Of a stretch of 64,000 bases of DNA, positions 17,991 through 26,782 are shown piece after piece (position 1 is the first letter of the stretch; each line of letters starts with the position of its first letter). The notes under the pieces were generated by a model. The model had not been told where the DNA came from. It saw only the letters and a program-made list of their open reading frames with translations, and made no database searches. Source of the stretch: a virus; the IMG/VR virus record IMGVR_UViG_3300014202_000802; one strand, 5' to 3'. Both the position numbers and the translations under genes were made by a program.

Positions 17991-18791
17991 ATGATTAAGC
18001 GTATAACCAGGGCAAATATCATCAAGAAGTACTGGGCATCTGAGGCGGGTGATATCTTCTGTGAGACGAAGGAGCGTACGGGCCGGCTGATGAAATCACC
18101 TGACGGCGGTTACAGGGTGATGATGGAGTACATCCTGCAGAAGAAGATGCATTTTGTGCCGTCGCCGAAGCACAGGCACAGGTACATCAGGTTACGGACT
18201 GTATCGGGTGCGCGTGAAATGGTGCCTGTTCATTTAATAATTATTGAAACTTTTAAGGGAATACGGGGGAAAGGTTACATGCCTGAGTTCAAGGACGGTG
18301 ATCACAACAATTGCAAAGCGGATAATTTGCGCTGGCGGGCTGTTGAATCGGGCTTTTATGATATTCTGACGGATGAGGAATATGTATTATGGGCCGCAAA
18401 GCTGGATTCAATGCCATGCCACCACTGGGAAGGCTTCAATAAACGGGCGCTGGATAAGTTTGAGAAGGCGGCGCTGGGATCGGATAAAGATGAACGTATG
18501 GAATTCTTCCGGAAGTTGTTTGCCATAGATACACCGCCGGTAGGAGAGGGCAGTGTTTTCAGGTTTGATACACTGACTGACCGGCAGAACGAGGTATTAA
18601 GTTTTATTAAAGAGTTTATGGAGCTGAAGGGTTTTGCCCCGACTTATGAGGAAATTGCGGTGAAGTTAAACATCAACCGTATGACTGCGAAGGATCATGT
18701 AGAGCGACTGGTAAAAAAGGGATGTTTAGAATCAGCGCCGGGCACACATAGAGGGCTTACCTTCTTAAATGCAAGGGATACACAAAAATAA
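17991..18791 (+). CDS. Degenerate HNH_3 domain fused to C-terminal LexA-type winged-helix DNA-binding domain
   Basis: 'VHLIIIETF...PEFKDGDHNNCKADNLRW' (first HNH His replaced by Phe); 'LTDRQNEVLSFIKEF..KGFAPTYEEIA......TAKDHVERLVKKG.L.....HRGL'. Confidence 0.85.
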   Translation: MIKRITRANIIKKYWASEAGDIFCETKERTGRLMKSPDGGYRVMMEYILQKKMHFVPSPKHRHRYIRLRTVSGAREMVPVHLIIIETFKGIRGKGYMPEFKDGDHNNCKADNLRWRAVESGFYDILTDEEYVLWAAKLDSMPCHHWEGFNKRALDKFEKAALGSDKDERMEFFRKLFAIDTPPVGEGSVFRFDTLTDRQNEVLSFIKEFMELKGFAPTYEEIAVKLNINRMTAKDHVERLVKKGCLESAPGTHRGLTFLNARDTQK

Positions 18792-18816
18792 AGTGCAAAA
18801 AAACAAATTAAATTTG
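18773..18816 (+). promoter_or_regulatory. Putative late promoter PL1 (GGGATACAC-N25-TAAATTTG)
   Basis: Motif 18775-18783, box 18809-18816; identical spacing at three other sites. Confidence 0.7.
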
Positions 18817-18820
18817 AATT

Positions 18821-19279
18821 ATGGATATTGAGATCACAGAAACCAGTAAGAAGTATAAAATCGATTATTATGATTTCACAAAAGAGATAGGCGGCGTATT
18901 GCTGGGCTACAGGCTTGGCGGCACAAATTGGCAATTGGATCCTGAATACGGGGTCATACAGCTGCCGAATCCATCAACTGACGGTACGATATATGTTTCA
19001 CCCAATGCTTTGAAGCTGCCGTTCCAATTGTTGCGCCGTATTCCTCTGGGTACCTTGATAAAAAAGGTAGGTTCAGGCATGGAGCTTCTTGGTGAGTGGC
19101 ATTCAGACCTGGGTAATATCCGCGGATTGAGTGTAAAGGATCAGGAGGCTATTAACAAACGTATTGAACAGCGGGGGTTTTGGCTTGTAGGAGTAGTAAC
19201 CCGTAAGAATAAAGCAAAGTTAAGGATGGATCTGAATATGTTCCGTGAGAAGTTTGAACGGAGGAAATATAAAAAATGA
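18821..19279 (+). CDS. Hypothetical protein
   Basis: 152-aa ORF starting 4 nt after PL1. Confidence 0.65.
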   Translation: MDIEITETSKKYKIDYYDFTKEIGGVLLGYRLGGTNWQLDPEYGVIQLPNPSTDGTIYVSPNALKLPFQLLRRIPLGTLIKKVGSGMELLGEWHSDLGNIRGLSVKDQEAINKRIEQRGFWLVGVVTRKNKAKLRMDLNMFREKFERRKYKK

Positions 19280-19521
19280 TATCGTACATTATTACACATG
19301 ACAAGAACTTAACAGCGAGAAAATATCTAAAAGACTTAAGGCCACCTATCCGTTATCGCTTAAAGTTGAGAATCTGCAGGTCGTTTTGTGAATATGCTAA
19401 TTTTTATGGCGCGGTCATTACTGAATTGAGGAACGGATTTAAGCCATTGATATTTACATACGATCACGAAAAAAAGAAGTTACAGAGAAGAAGATTATTA
19501 AAAAAATATTTTAAACCATAA
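19276..19521 (+). CDS. Hypothetical basic protein
   Basis: ATGA coupling. Confidence 0.5.
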   Translation: MISYIITHDKNLTARKYLKDLRPPIRYRLKLRICRSFCEYANFYGAVITELRNGFKPLIFTYDHEKKKLQRRRLLKKYFKP

Positions 19522-19527
19522 AACAAA

Positions 19528-19887
19528 ATGGCACATTACGAAAACAAACTTGAAGCTGATGCTGAAAAGGCAAAGCAGAACCTATCGGAAGCATTCAACC
19601 AGGAGGAATCACGGCATTTAGGCAGCGTGAAGATCGATATTTTTATGAAGCCCGACAGGACTACCATGTGCAGCCTTGAAGCGACTGCCGGGGTGAACGA
19701 GAACCCGATGCTGTATATGACTTCTGCTGAGTATTTAATGTATCTTTTCGCAAAGTTCACTCCCGATTACGAAAAAGGGTTACAGGTATTGATGGACGGA
19801 GCGCGTACTTATAAGGCGGTGGAGGTAGAGAAACCGGAAGCAGAAAAGCCAAAACCGAAATCAAAAATAATTTTATTGGGGAATTAA
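19528..19887 (+). CDS. Hypothetical protein
   Basis: 119-aa ORF in operon. Confidence 0.6.
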   Translation: MAHYENKLEADAEKAKQNLSEAFNQEESRHLGSVKIDIFMKPDRTTMCSLEATAGVNENPMLYMTSAEYLMYLFAKFTPDYEKGLQVLMDGARTYKAVEVEKPEAEKPKPKSKIILLGN

Positions 19888-19891
19888 TAAA

Positions 19892-20131
19892 ATGCAGGCT
19901 ATTAACATAATAGTTCAGGTCGCGGATGTAGGTTACGCGGGTGAAGAGCGAACAGAAACAGTAGAGTTCGAAGAAAAAGGTTGTATTTCCGGTTACGATA
20001 TGGATAACGGGCTTGAAGATGTTGCCGTGACTATGACCAAAGATTTGCTGAAAAAATTAGCCTTCAGGGAAAAACAAATAAGCAGAGAAATGCCGTATAA
20101 CATTAAACTTGTGGAGAAATCCAATGACTAA
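19892..20131 (+). CDS. Hypothetical protein
   Basis: 79-aa ORF in operon. Confidence 0.55.
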   Translation: MQAINIIVQVADVGYAGEERTETVEFEEKGCISGYDMDNGLEDVAVTMTKDLLKKLAFREKQISREMPYNIKLVEKSND

Positions 20132-20609
20132 AGAAAAAAAATATCGTTTATTAAAAGATTTACCACAAATTAAAGCAGGGGCTATATTTGAATTAGAGAA
20201 AACCGTAACTGAAGAGGTGTATATTCCAGGGGATTGCTGTATATGGATGATAGGGAATGAAGAAAGGCGGGCGTATAATCCTAAATTCAATGCTGAAGAA
20301 ATGCCTTATCTTGTGAGAGAAGGATGGTTTGAGGAAGTTGAAGAAAAAGACTTTAATTCAAATAAACAAATCAGAATGTTTTGCGAAGATTACAGAAAAA
20401 TAGCCTGTAATCAAACGGTGATTCATATTCAACCGGAGCTATTAGATTCGATTGTTAACACAATTCAGGAGCGTACGAGGGCTAATGAGAGATCCATGCT
20501 GTACACAGAAAATAATATGAAAGACTTTGCAGAATATTGCCGTAATCAAGGTTTCGTTACAAGAGACCTGCCAAAAATGCTTCTCAATTGGAGGGAAAGC
20601 CATGCCTGA
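20124..20609 (+). CDS. Hypothetical protein
   Basis: ORF; ATG 20124 follows GGAGA. Confidence 0.6.
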   Translation: MTKEKKYRLLKDLPQIKAGAIFELEKTVTEEVYIPGDCCIWMIGNEERRAYNPKFNAEEMPYLVREGWFEEVEEKDFNSNKQIRMFCEDYRKIACNQTVIHIQPELLDSIVNTIQERTRANERSMLYTENNMKDFAEYCRNQGFVTRDLPKMLLNWRESHA

Positions 20610-20970
20610 ATTCAATGAAAAAGCAGTACAGAAGATGTACGGCTGGGAAAACAAAACAACCCAGGAGCTTTATAATACCGAAGAACATGAAGTTTCAACT
20701 CTTGACATCAAGCCGATGGGTAACAGGATACTCATAAGAGAAGATGAGAAGAAAGATACAACTGCAGGCGGTATTATTATTCCTGATACCGTGAGAGCTG
20801 ATGAGCACAAAGGAACGGTATTGGCTGTAGGCCCGAAGTGTGTGGACTTAAAAGCCGGTATGCGTGTATATTTTAATAAAGCGGCACGGTATCCGTTGGT
20901 TTATAACGGTGAAACTGTTTTACTGATGAAAGAGGGCGATGTTTATTCGGTGATCGGGGAGGAAGATTAA
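20602..20970 (+). CDS. groES: Phage-encoded GroES (Cpn10) co-chaperonin with N-terminal extension
   Basis: 'IKPMGNRILIRE....TTAGGIIIPD......GTVLAVGP....LKAGMRVYF...' with intact mobile loop. Confidence 0.9.
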   Translation: MPEFNEKAVQKMYGWENKTTQELYNTEEHEVSTLDIKPMGNRILIREDEKKDTTAGGIIIPDTVRADEHKGTVLAVGPKCVDLKAGMRVYFNKAARYPLVYNGETVLLMKEGDVYSVIGEED

Positions 20971-21282
20971 AAATGGAATATGAACAAAAATATTTACCGA
21001 AAGCACGCACATTTAAAAAAGGATACAAAAAGAATCTTAATCCTTTAAAGTTTATGTTAAAAGTGATTGTCACAGCGCTTGCGTTGATAATTTTAAGAGT
21101 GCTGACTATATGACAATTTACCAAAAGAAATTAAGAAAAAGATTATCGAAGCGGCAGCGCAGGGGCGGGTTGATGGCTTTTGTTAAAAGGCATAAAGGCG
21201 GTCCGGTTAAGTATGATAATGATCCTTGGGATAAAAAATATATCGAGGAATTTTTTCCAGAATTAAAAATAACTAAGGTGCT

Positions 21283-21930
21283 TTGACGATAGATAAAGCG
21301 AAAATATTACAGCAGGTGGTGGACGGCAAGAAGACTGTGAAGAAAAAGAAGAAGTCCAAAAAGAAAAAGCCGCAGCCATTAAACATACAGCAGCGGAAAT
21401 TCATAGCTGAGTATGTGAAGCTGGCCGCATCAGGTAAACCTAACGGTAAGCAGGCGGCAATTAATGCCGGTTACAGTGAAAAAACTGCTGAAACGCAGGC
21501 ATCCCGGTTGTTAAGTTATGAAAAGGTAAGCGCGGAAATAGATAAAGCTATCGTGAAGGTTGAGAAGCAGCTGATGATCGAGTCAGAGGATCTTGCGCGT
21601 GAGATGTATAATCATGTTTATTTCGATATTTCGGACATAATGGAGATAACAGCGAAGGGTGATCTTTTATTCAAAGGCAAATCATTGAAGGATATTCCCG
21701 AGGATCTGCGCAGGTGTATTCAGCAGATTGAACCATTGAAGGACTTGGGCTATAAGATAAAGTTTGTTGACCGGCAGGCTGCCTTGAAAATGCTTGCGAA
21801 CTGGCGCAATATGTTCATAAGGAAAAAAGAAGTAAGCGTGAACATGAATGTTCGCTCGATCCAGGAGCTTGTAATGCGTGTAGCAAAGGAATCGCCGGTT
21901 AGCAAAGAAGTATTGGTACGGATGGAATGA
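21283..21930 (+). CDS. terS: Terminase small subunit
   Basis: 'QQRKFIAEY...NGKQAAINAGYSEKTAETQASRLLSYEKV'; directly upstream of terL. Confidence 0.9.
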   Translation: MTIDKAKILQQVVDGKKTVKKKKKSKKKKPQPLNIQQRKFIAEYVKLAASGKPNGKQAAINAGYSEKTAETQASRLLSYEKVSAEIDKAIVKVEKQLMIESEDLAREMYNHVYFDISDIMEITAKGDLLFKGKSLKDIPEDLRRCIQQIEPLKDLGYKIKFVDRQAALKMLANWRNMFIRKKEVSVNMNVRSIQELVMRVAKESPVSKEVLVRME

Positions 21931-23528
21931 TGACTGACACCAATGATTTAGTACAGCAATTCAGGATGCCTTCATTTGAGGAATTGCGGTTTACGGCCGA
22001 ATCACTGCGTAATCCGTTATACTTTATCGAAGAGGTACTGGGTATTAATACCCTTACAGACGATCAGAAAAGGATAGTTAAAAGCGTATGGATGCATAAA
22101 TACACTGCGGTTCAGGCTTCATACGATGTAGGGAAAACATTCATAGCGGCTTGTATTTCGCTTGCGTATCTTGTTCCAAATCCCGGTACAACGATCATAA
22201 CAACAGCGCCGACAAAAGACCAGGTTGAAAATCTGTTATGGAAAGAGATATCACAGCTTGTAGCCAATTCTAAAATGCCCATTTATGATGAAAGATTAGG
22301 CGGCAGGCTTAACCAGACTGAATTTACACTGGGTGAAAAGTGGTTTGCAGTTGGTATTTCCGTGCAGGTGGGGAAGGAAGAACAGTCCGCGGTAAAGATC
22401 TCGGGTTATCATAATCCGCAAATTCTGGATATAATCGATGAAGCAAGCGGTGTACATTCAGCTATATGGAAAGCAATGAAGGGGCATATGGCCTCGGATA
22501 ACAGCCGTATGCTTGCGATCAGTAACCCGCGTACAAATAATTGCGAGTTCAAGGTGTTCTGTGATGATGTTAAAACAAATACGATCCATATAAATGCGCT
22601 GCAGCATCCGAATATTGTAAACAAACGCAATGTTATCCCGGGCGCAATTTCACTTGACTGGGTTCAGGAGATGGTTGATAAGCACTGCGATGAAGTAAAA
22701 ATGCATAACGAAGAGGACCGTACATTTGAATGGGACGGCAAAATATATAAACCCGACAATGAAGCTATATGGGAATTATGCGGCCACTTCCCGAAGCTGA
22801 CTGATGAGTTAATGTTCGGTATGCTTTTACAGAAAATACACGGTTTTGATGCAATGCCCGATACTCCGATGCGCTCACTTGGCGCGATCGATTATGGTAA
22901 CTGGGCTATGGCGTATGTTGGCAAGCAGGATAACCGCGGCAGGATATGGACTGATAAGGAATGGTGCGATAATGATGCTAATAAATCACTGACCGATAAA
23001 GCGATAAGTTTCCGGAACTGGTGCAAGGCAAATAATGTACGGGATATGGTATTTGTGGGTGACAGCGATATGTTTGCAATGCCGGCCAAGGCGTATAATG
23101 AAAAGAACCGTAAAAACAGGGTTATTGATACATTCAGGAAAGAGTGCGAGGGGCTTAACCTGACATTTGTACCGGTGATAAAAGGCAAAACCGAAAAGGT
23201 TGATTACAGAATATACTGCAATACAGTTTTAAGGAACGGTTTCAGTTATAAGAAAAACGATGAAGGTTTATGGATCAGAGAACCTAAGCTCAGGGTTTCG
23301 AAGGACTGTACATGGTTCTGGAAATCAGTGCCAAAGTTAAAGCGTTCATTGCTGATTGAGGGCGATTTCGATCAGGACGGTACAGATTCAGACGGCAGGG
23401 TGATACCCGATCACCCGGTAGATGCGTATAAAATCTGTGTAACTTCATTCAGTGAACCGATAGACCAGCTGATGAAACGCGCTGCGCTTGATGAGATGCG
23501 TAAAATGGCAGTGGAGATGATGGGATGA
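21927..23528 (+). CDS. terL: Terminase large subunit
   Basis: Variant Walker A 'ASYDVGKT', 'TTAPTKDQV', Walker B 'IIDEASGV', 'ISNP', nuclease 'AIDYG' and 'DHPVDA'. Confidence 0.88.
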   Translation: MMTDTNDLVQQFRMPSFEELRFTAESLRNPLYFIEEVLGINTLTDDQKRIVKSVWMHKYTAVQASYDVGKTFIAACISLAYLVPNPGTTIITTAPTKDQVENLLWKEISQLVANSKMPIYDERLGGRLNQTEFTLGEKWFAVGISVQVGKEEQSAVKISGYHNPQILDIIDEASGVHSAIWKAMKGHMASDNSRMLAISNPRTNNCEFKVFCDDVKTNTIHINALQHPNIVNKRNVIPGAISLDWVQEMVDKHCDEVKMHNEEDRTFEWDGKIYKPDNEAIWELCGHFPKLTDELMFGMLLQKIHGFDAMPDTPMRSLGAIDYGNWAMAYVGKQDNRGRIWTDKEWCDNDANKSLTDKAISFRNWCKANNVRDMVFVGDSDMFAMPAKAYNEKNRKNRVIDTFRKECEGLNLTFVPVIKGKTEKVDYRIYCNTVLRNGFSYKKNDEGLWIREPKLRVSKDCTWFWKSVPKLKRSLLIEGDFDQDGTDSDGRVIPDHPVDAYKICVTSFSEPIDQLMKRAALDEMRKMAVEMMG

Positions 23529-23677
23529 TAACATACAAAGAAATAAAAGATTTAATCACTTACAACTGGGTAGCGGATTTTACATCATTTTACTGTTACC
23601 ACGGAGACAGGTTAGAAAATCTAACCTGTCAAACAATTTGGAATCTTTATTTAGGAAGCAGGCATAGATTAAATTGA
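23525..23677 (+). CDS. 50-aa hypothetical protein containing a perfect 10-bp hairpin
   Basis: Hand translation MITYKEIKDLITYNWVADFTSFYCYHGDRLENLTCQTIWNLYLGSRHRLN; coupled at both ends. Confidence 0.4.
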   Translation: MITYKEIKDLITYNWVADFTSFYCYHGDRLENLTCQTIWNLYLGSRHRLN

Positions 23678-23925
23678 CTTTATCGGATGAAGAACGAAAT
23701 CAACAGTTAAAGATTATACAAGAGATTGCCGAAAAACTTGGCAGTCATTTTGATTCAATCCAGATCGTAGCAACCTTTGATATGGGTAATTCAGGCACAA
23801 GTATTTTTAATTGGGGAAAAGGTAACTGGTTTGCAAGATACGGGTCAGTAAAGGCATGGATACAGAATGAGGAAAATGCAGGGGTTTTTACGGATAAAGA
23901 TGCTGATAACGAAGAAGAGGAATAA
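23674..23925 (+). CDS. Hypothetical protein
   Basis: 83-aa ORF. Confidence 0.55.
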   Translation: MTLSDEERNQQLKIIQEIAEKLGSHFDSIQIVATFDMGNSGTSIFNWGKGNWFARYGSVKAWIQNEENAGVFTDKDADNEEEE

Positions 23926-23953
23926 CATTTCAGAAATCAGAAGGAGTAAGAAA

Positions 23954-24202
23954 ATGAAACACGAAGAAAGAGTAATAAACCCGGGAATGGCGGTATTACT
24001 GATGGCATACTACGCTTTACCGGATTTAAAACATCACGGCAATTCGGCGGAATTCAGTAAACTGGTTGATTTAGGGTTGATACAAGTTGACACAGCACCC
24101 GGCAAGTTAACAGAAAAAGGCGAGGCATATATTGAAATGATGCTTGCTACTCCGATACCGGTTGAGAAACGTATATATGTTCGTCCGGAGGAAAAGCTTT
24201 AG
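23954..24202 (+). CDS. Hypothetical protein (wHTH-like)
   Basis: ATG 23954 after AAGGAG. Confidence 0.55.
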   Translation: MKHEERVINPGMAVLLMAYYALPDLKHHGNSAEFSKLVDLGLIQVDTAPGKLTEKGEAYIEMMLATPIPVEKRIYVRPEEKL

Positions 24203-24244
24203 GGGATACACAAAACCCGTATGAACACCGGTTAGCTATTTTTG
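24200..24244 (+). promoter_or_regulatory. Putative late promoter PL2 (GGGGATACAC-N25-TATTTTTG) before portal
   Basis: Motif ends 24211; box 24237-24244; portal ATG 4 nt later. Confidence 0.7.
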
Positions 24245-24248
24245 TACA

Positions 24249-26435
24249 ATGGCTAATTATGTGCATAAAATCGATATTGACTGCCGTTACATAACTGAAA
24301 AGAATGTACGGGATAATAATATCCAGGAGTGGTTAAAGGAGCGTTATGAAGACTGGATAATGAAGGGCGAAATGCTGATGCAGGATTCTGCGATGCATGA
24401 TATCTGGCGGACAAATGCATATTATTACGAAGGCTTTCAGGTCCCGATCGGTTTCACTAACTCACCCATACTTGAATTTATCAATAAAAACGAAGCAAAT
24501 GATGACGGCACGGTAGTTGACGGGCAGGTTATACCCGCGGTTGTTGATACAAGGCGTTTCCGTGTAAAGAAGAATAAATTCGGCAAGCTGTTCTATGTTG
24601 AGAATAAGATCACTGAGATTATCGACGGTCATATATCCGAATACACTTCAGGAGAAAAGGTTATCCAGGTTAAAAATGATGATGACCCGACCAACGACAG
24701 GATGGAAACTGCTACGCAGCACTGGCTTACAGCTATGCAAAAGCGGCTGCAATTCTGGAGTGATTACTTTATTCCAATGGCCGAGAAGAAGGAAAAGTAT
24801 GGTTTATCATGGCTGAATACATGGTATGACCCGTATGTGAATATCGCTAAATACGGTGAGATCGGTATGGAAGTTATTAATCCCTGGGATATGCTGATAT
24901 GGGCGGAAGCCGGGGATAAGTATTTCCTTAATACAACACCGTTCATAATCCACAAAAAGCATTTGCCGATAGAAGAGGCGCGGGAACTGCTTGAACAGTT
25001 TGATATAAAGCCTGAAGATGTGATAGCAGATCAGGATTATTATTACCGCGGCAGGACCGTAAATCGTGAGAACAAGATCATACAGGAAGAATACGTAACC
25101 CTTTATTACATTGAATACCGCAAAAAGTATGTAGATGCAGTGCCGTTGAGTGAGTTTGAGATAACCGAAGGCGGCAAAGATATGCTGAAAGAACAGCGGA
25201 CTTATTACTTTGAATCACTTTACAACAGGAGCTTAGGCACGGTTTATCATAAGATCAACCAGTACGCTGATCCAAGGATGTACAACAAATGGCAGTTTAA
25301 ACGTACTCCATGCTGCGACAAGCCGAGTGAACTGAGGGCGTTCCCTATAAGCAAGGTTGAGAAACTGATCAATGTGCAGGATATAATCAATGTTCTTTCA
25401 TCGCTTATCATCAATAATGCGCGTTTTTCCGATATGGTACGGGGATTTGTGCTTAAGCAGCTGAAGGACGATTACCCCGCGGAGTTCAAAGATTGGGTTG
25501 AAACAGGCGGTTTGATGCCGATAGACAACATCGAAGATATTAACAAAGCGGTTAAGTTCTTTGACTGGCCGGGGACATCACCTGAAATAGCGGGATTCCT
25601 TGATATCGCCAAGACGACTATGAAGAACCAGGGTATCCGCCATGAAGTATTGACAGGTGAATTACCTGAAGGTCCGATGGGCGGTAAGAGGGAAGTATCC
25701 GGCAAAGCTATACAGCGCTTACAGGCTGCAAATGCTGTGAGGCTTACTCCCGATGCCACAAATGTTGAATGGACAGTAACGCAGGTTACGAATCTGCTTT
25801 ATAAAATGGCTGCTGTTGAGTTTACCCATGAGGCATGGGCGGCTATTGAGAATGCAAGGAAAGGCGACCCGCAGTACATCCCTATAAATGCCACAATGAG
25901 CATAAAGGAATACGATGCAATGCTCTTCAAGATGTACCCGGATTTAGATCCACTGAGCGCAAACAAGCGGTTCCAGGAGCATAATATGGTTAAGGTTGAT
26001 TATGCGCTGAAGGATCAGGAAACAGGCCGGATACTTGAAGAAGAAGAGGTAATGGGCCAGTATTCCGAGGTACGTGTGAATCATTTAAAAGACCGTTCAG
26101 GCGAGATATTCCTTTTTAATATTACGGTTACGATAGATTTTGACTTCGAAAAGAATAAGATGGAAGAGAAGCAGATCATAGCGCAGTTGTTTGCGGCCGG
26201 TAAGTTCCCGCTGGATATGTTCCTTGAAACCCAAGGCGGTACGTTACAGGCGCAGAAGGATGAGATCGTGAGAAAATTACGCGAGGAGCAGAATTCAAAG
26301 TATGCACTTGCACTGGCGGCCGAGGTTGAGAAACGCGGTCCGGAGTTCGCACAGCTTGTAATGACAATGGCGGCTGAGCATGATAAGTCACAGCAAATGA
26401 AAGAAAAACAAACAAAAGGAGCGGAGGCAGCGTAA
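24249..26435 (+). CDS. Portal protein (P22-like podovirus type)
   Basis: 728 aa, between terL and scaffold, helical C-terminal barrel-like tail; size and position fit. Confidence 0.8.
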   Translation: MANYVHKIDIDCRYITEKNVRDNNIQEWLKERYEDWIMKGEMLMQDSAMHDIWRTNAYYYEGFQVPIGFTNSPILEFINKNEANDDGTVVDGQVIPAVVDTRRFRVKKNKFGKLFYVENKITEIIDGHISEYTSGEKVIQVKNDDDPTNDRMETATQHWLTAMQKRLQFWSDYFIPMAEKKEKYGLSWLNTWYDPYVNIAKYGEIGMEVINPWDMLIWAEAGDKYFLNTTPFIIHKKHLPIEEARELLEQFDIKPEDVIADQDYYYRGRTVNRENKIIQEEYVTLYYIEYRKKYVDAVPLSEFEITEGGKDMLKEQRTYYFESLYNRSLGTVYHKINQYADPRMYNKWQFKRTPCCDKPSELRAFPISKVEKLINVQDIINVLSSLIINNARFSDMVRGFVLKQLKDDYPAEFKDWVETGGLMPIDNIEDINKAVKFFDWPGTSPEIAGFLDIAKTTMKNQGIRHEVLTGELPEGPMGGKREVSGKAIQRLQAANAVRLTPDATNVEWTVTQVTNLLYKMAAVEFTHEAWAAIENARKGDPQYIPINATMSIKEYDAMLFKMYPDLDPLSANKRFQEHNMVKVDYALKDQETGRILEEEEVMGQYSEVRVNHLKDRSGEIFLFNITVTIDFDFEKNKMEEKQIIAQLFAAGKFPLDMFLETQGGTLQAQKDEIVRKLREEQNSKYALALAAEVEKRGPEFAQLVMTMAAEHDKSQQMKEKQTKGAEAA

Positions 26436-26713
26436 TGCCTAACTATCACCATAAACCCGAAGAAATCAAATGTAAGAATTGTGCATCTATCGAATTTAAA
26501 TCAGTAGATGTGGGAAAGATTCAATGTGAATATTGCGGTACATCTTACTTATTTTCGGGACCAACAAGAATGTTGATAAAACAATCCTTAGCGGATCGCT
26601 ACGATGCAAGTGTTTTAAGTAAATTCCTGACAGAAGGCGGGATGTTACCCGTAGAAAGCATGGACGACATACAGATATTCTTGCCGGGGTTAGTTGAAGT
26701 TCCCGCACAATAG
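26435..26713 (+). CDS. Small Zn-ribbon protein
   Basis: 'CKNCAS...QCEYCGT'. Confidence 0.6.
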   Translation: MPNYHHKPEEIKCKNCASIEFKSVDVGKIQCEYCGTSYLFSGPTRMLIKQSLADRYDASVLSKFLTEGGMLPVESMDDIQIFLPGLVEVPAQ

Positions 26714-26756
26714 GGGGATACACTTTCAGCAGTTTTTAAGGTGCAGTTTATATTTG
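26711..26756 (+). promoter_or_regulatory. Putative late promoter PL3 (GGGGATACAC-N25-TATATTTG) before scaffold/capsid
   Basis: Motif ends 26723; box 26749-26756. Confidence 0.7.
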
Positions 26757-26782
26757 TTGTAAATAAACAAAAAAAATTAAAA

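Noticed and set aside
18528-18573. Extra GATACAC copies inside the HNH-LexA gene
   Set aside because: Explained by Asp-Thr codons; no GG prefix and no correctly spaced TAnnTTTG.
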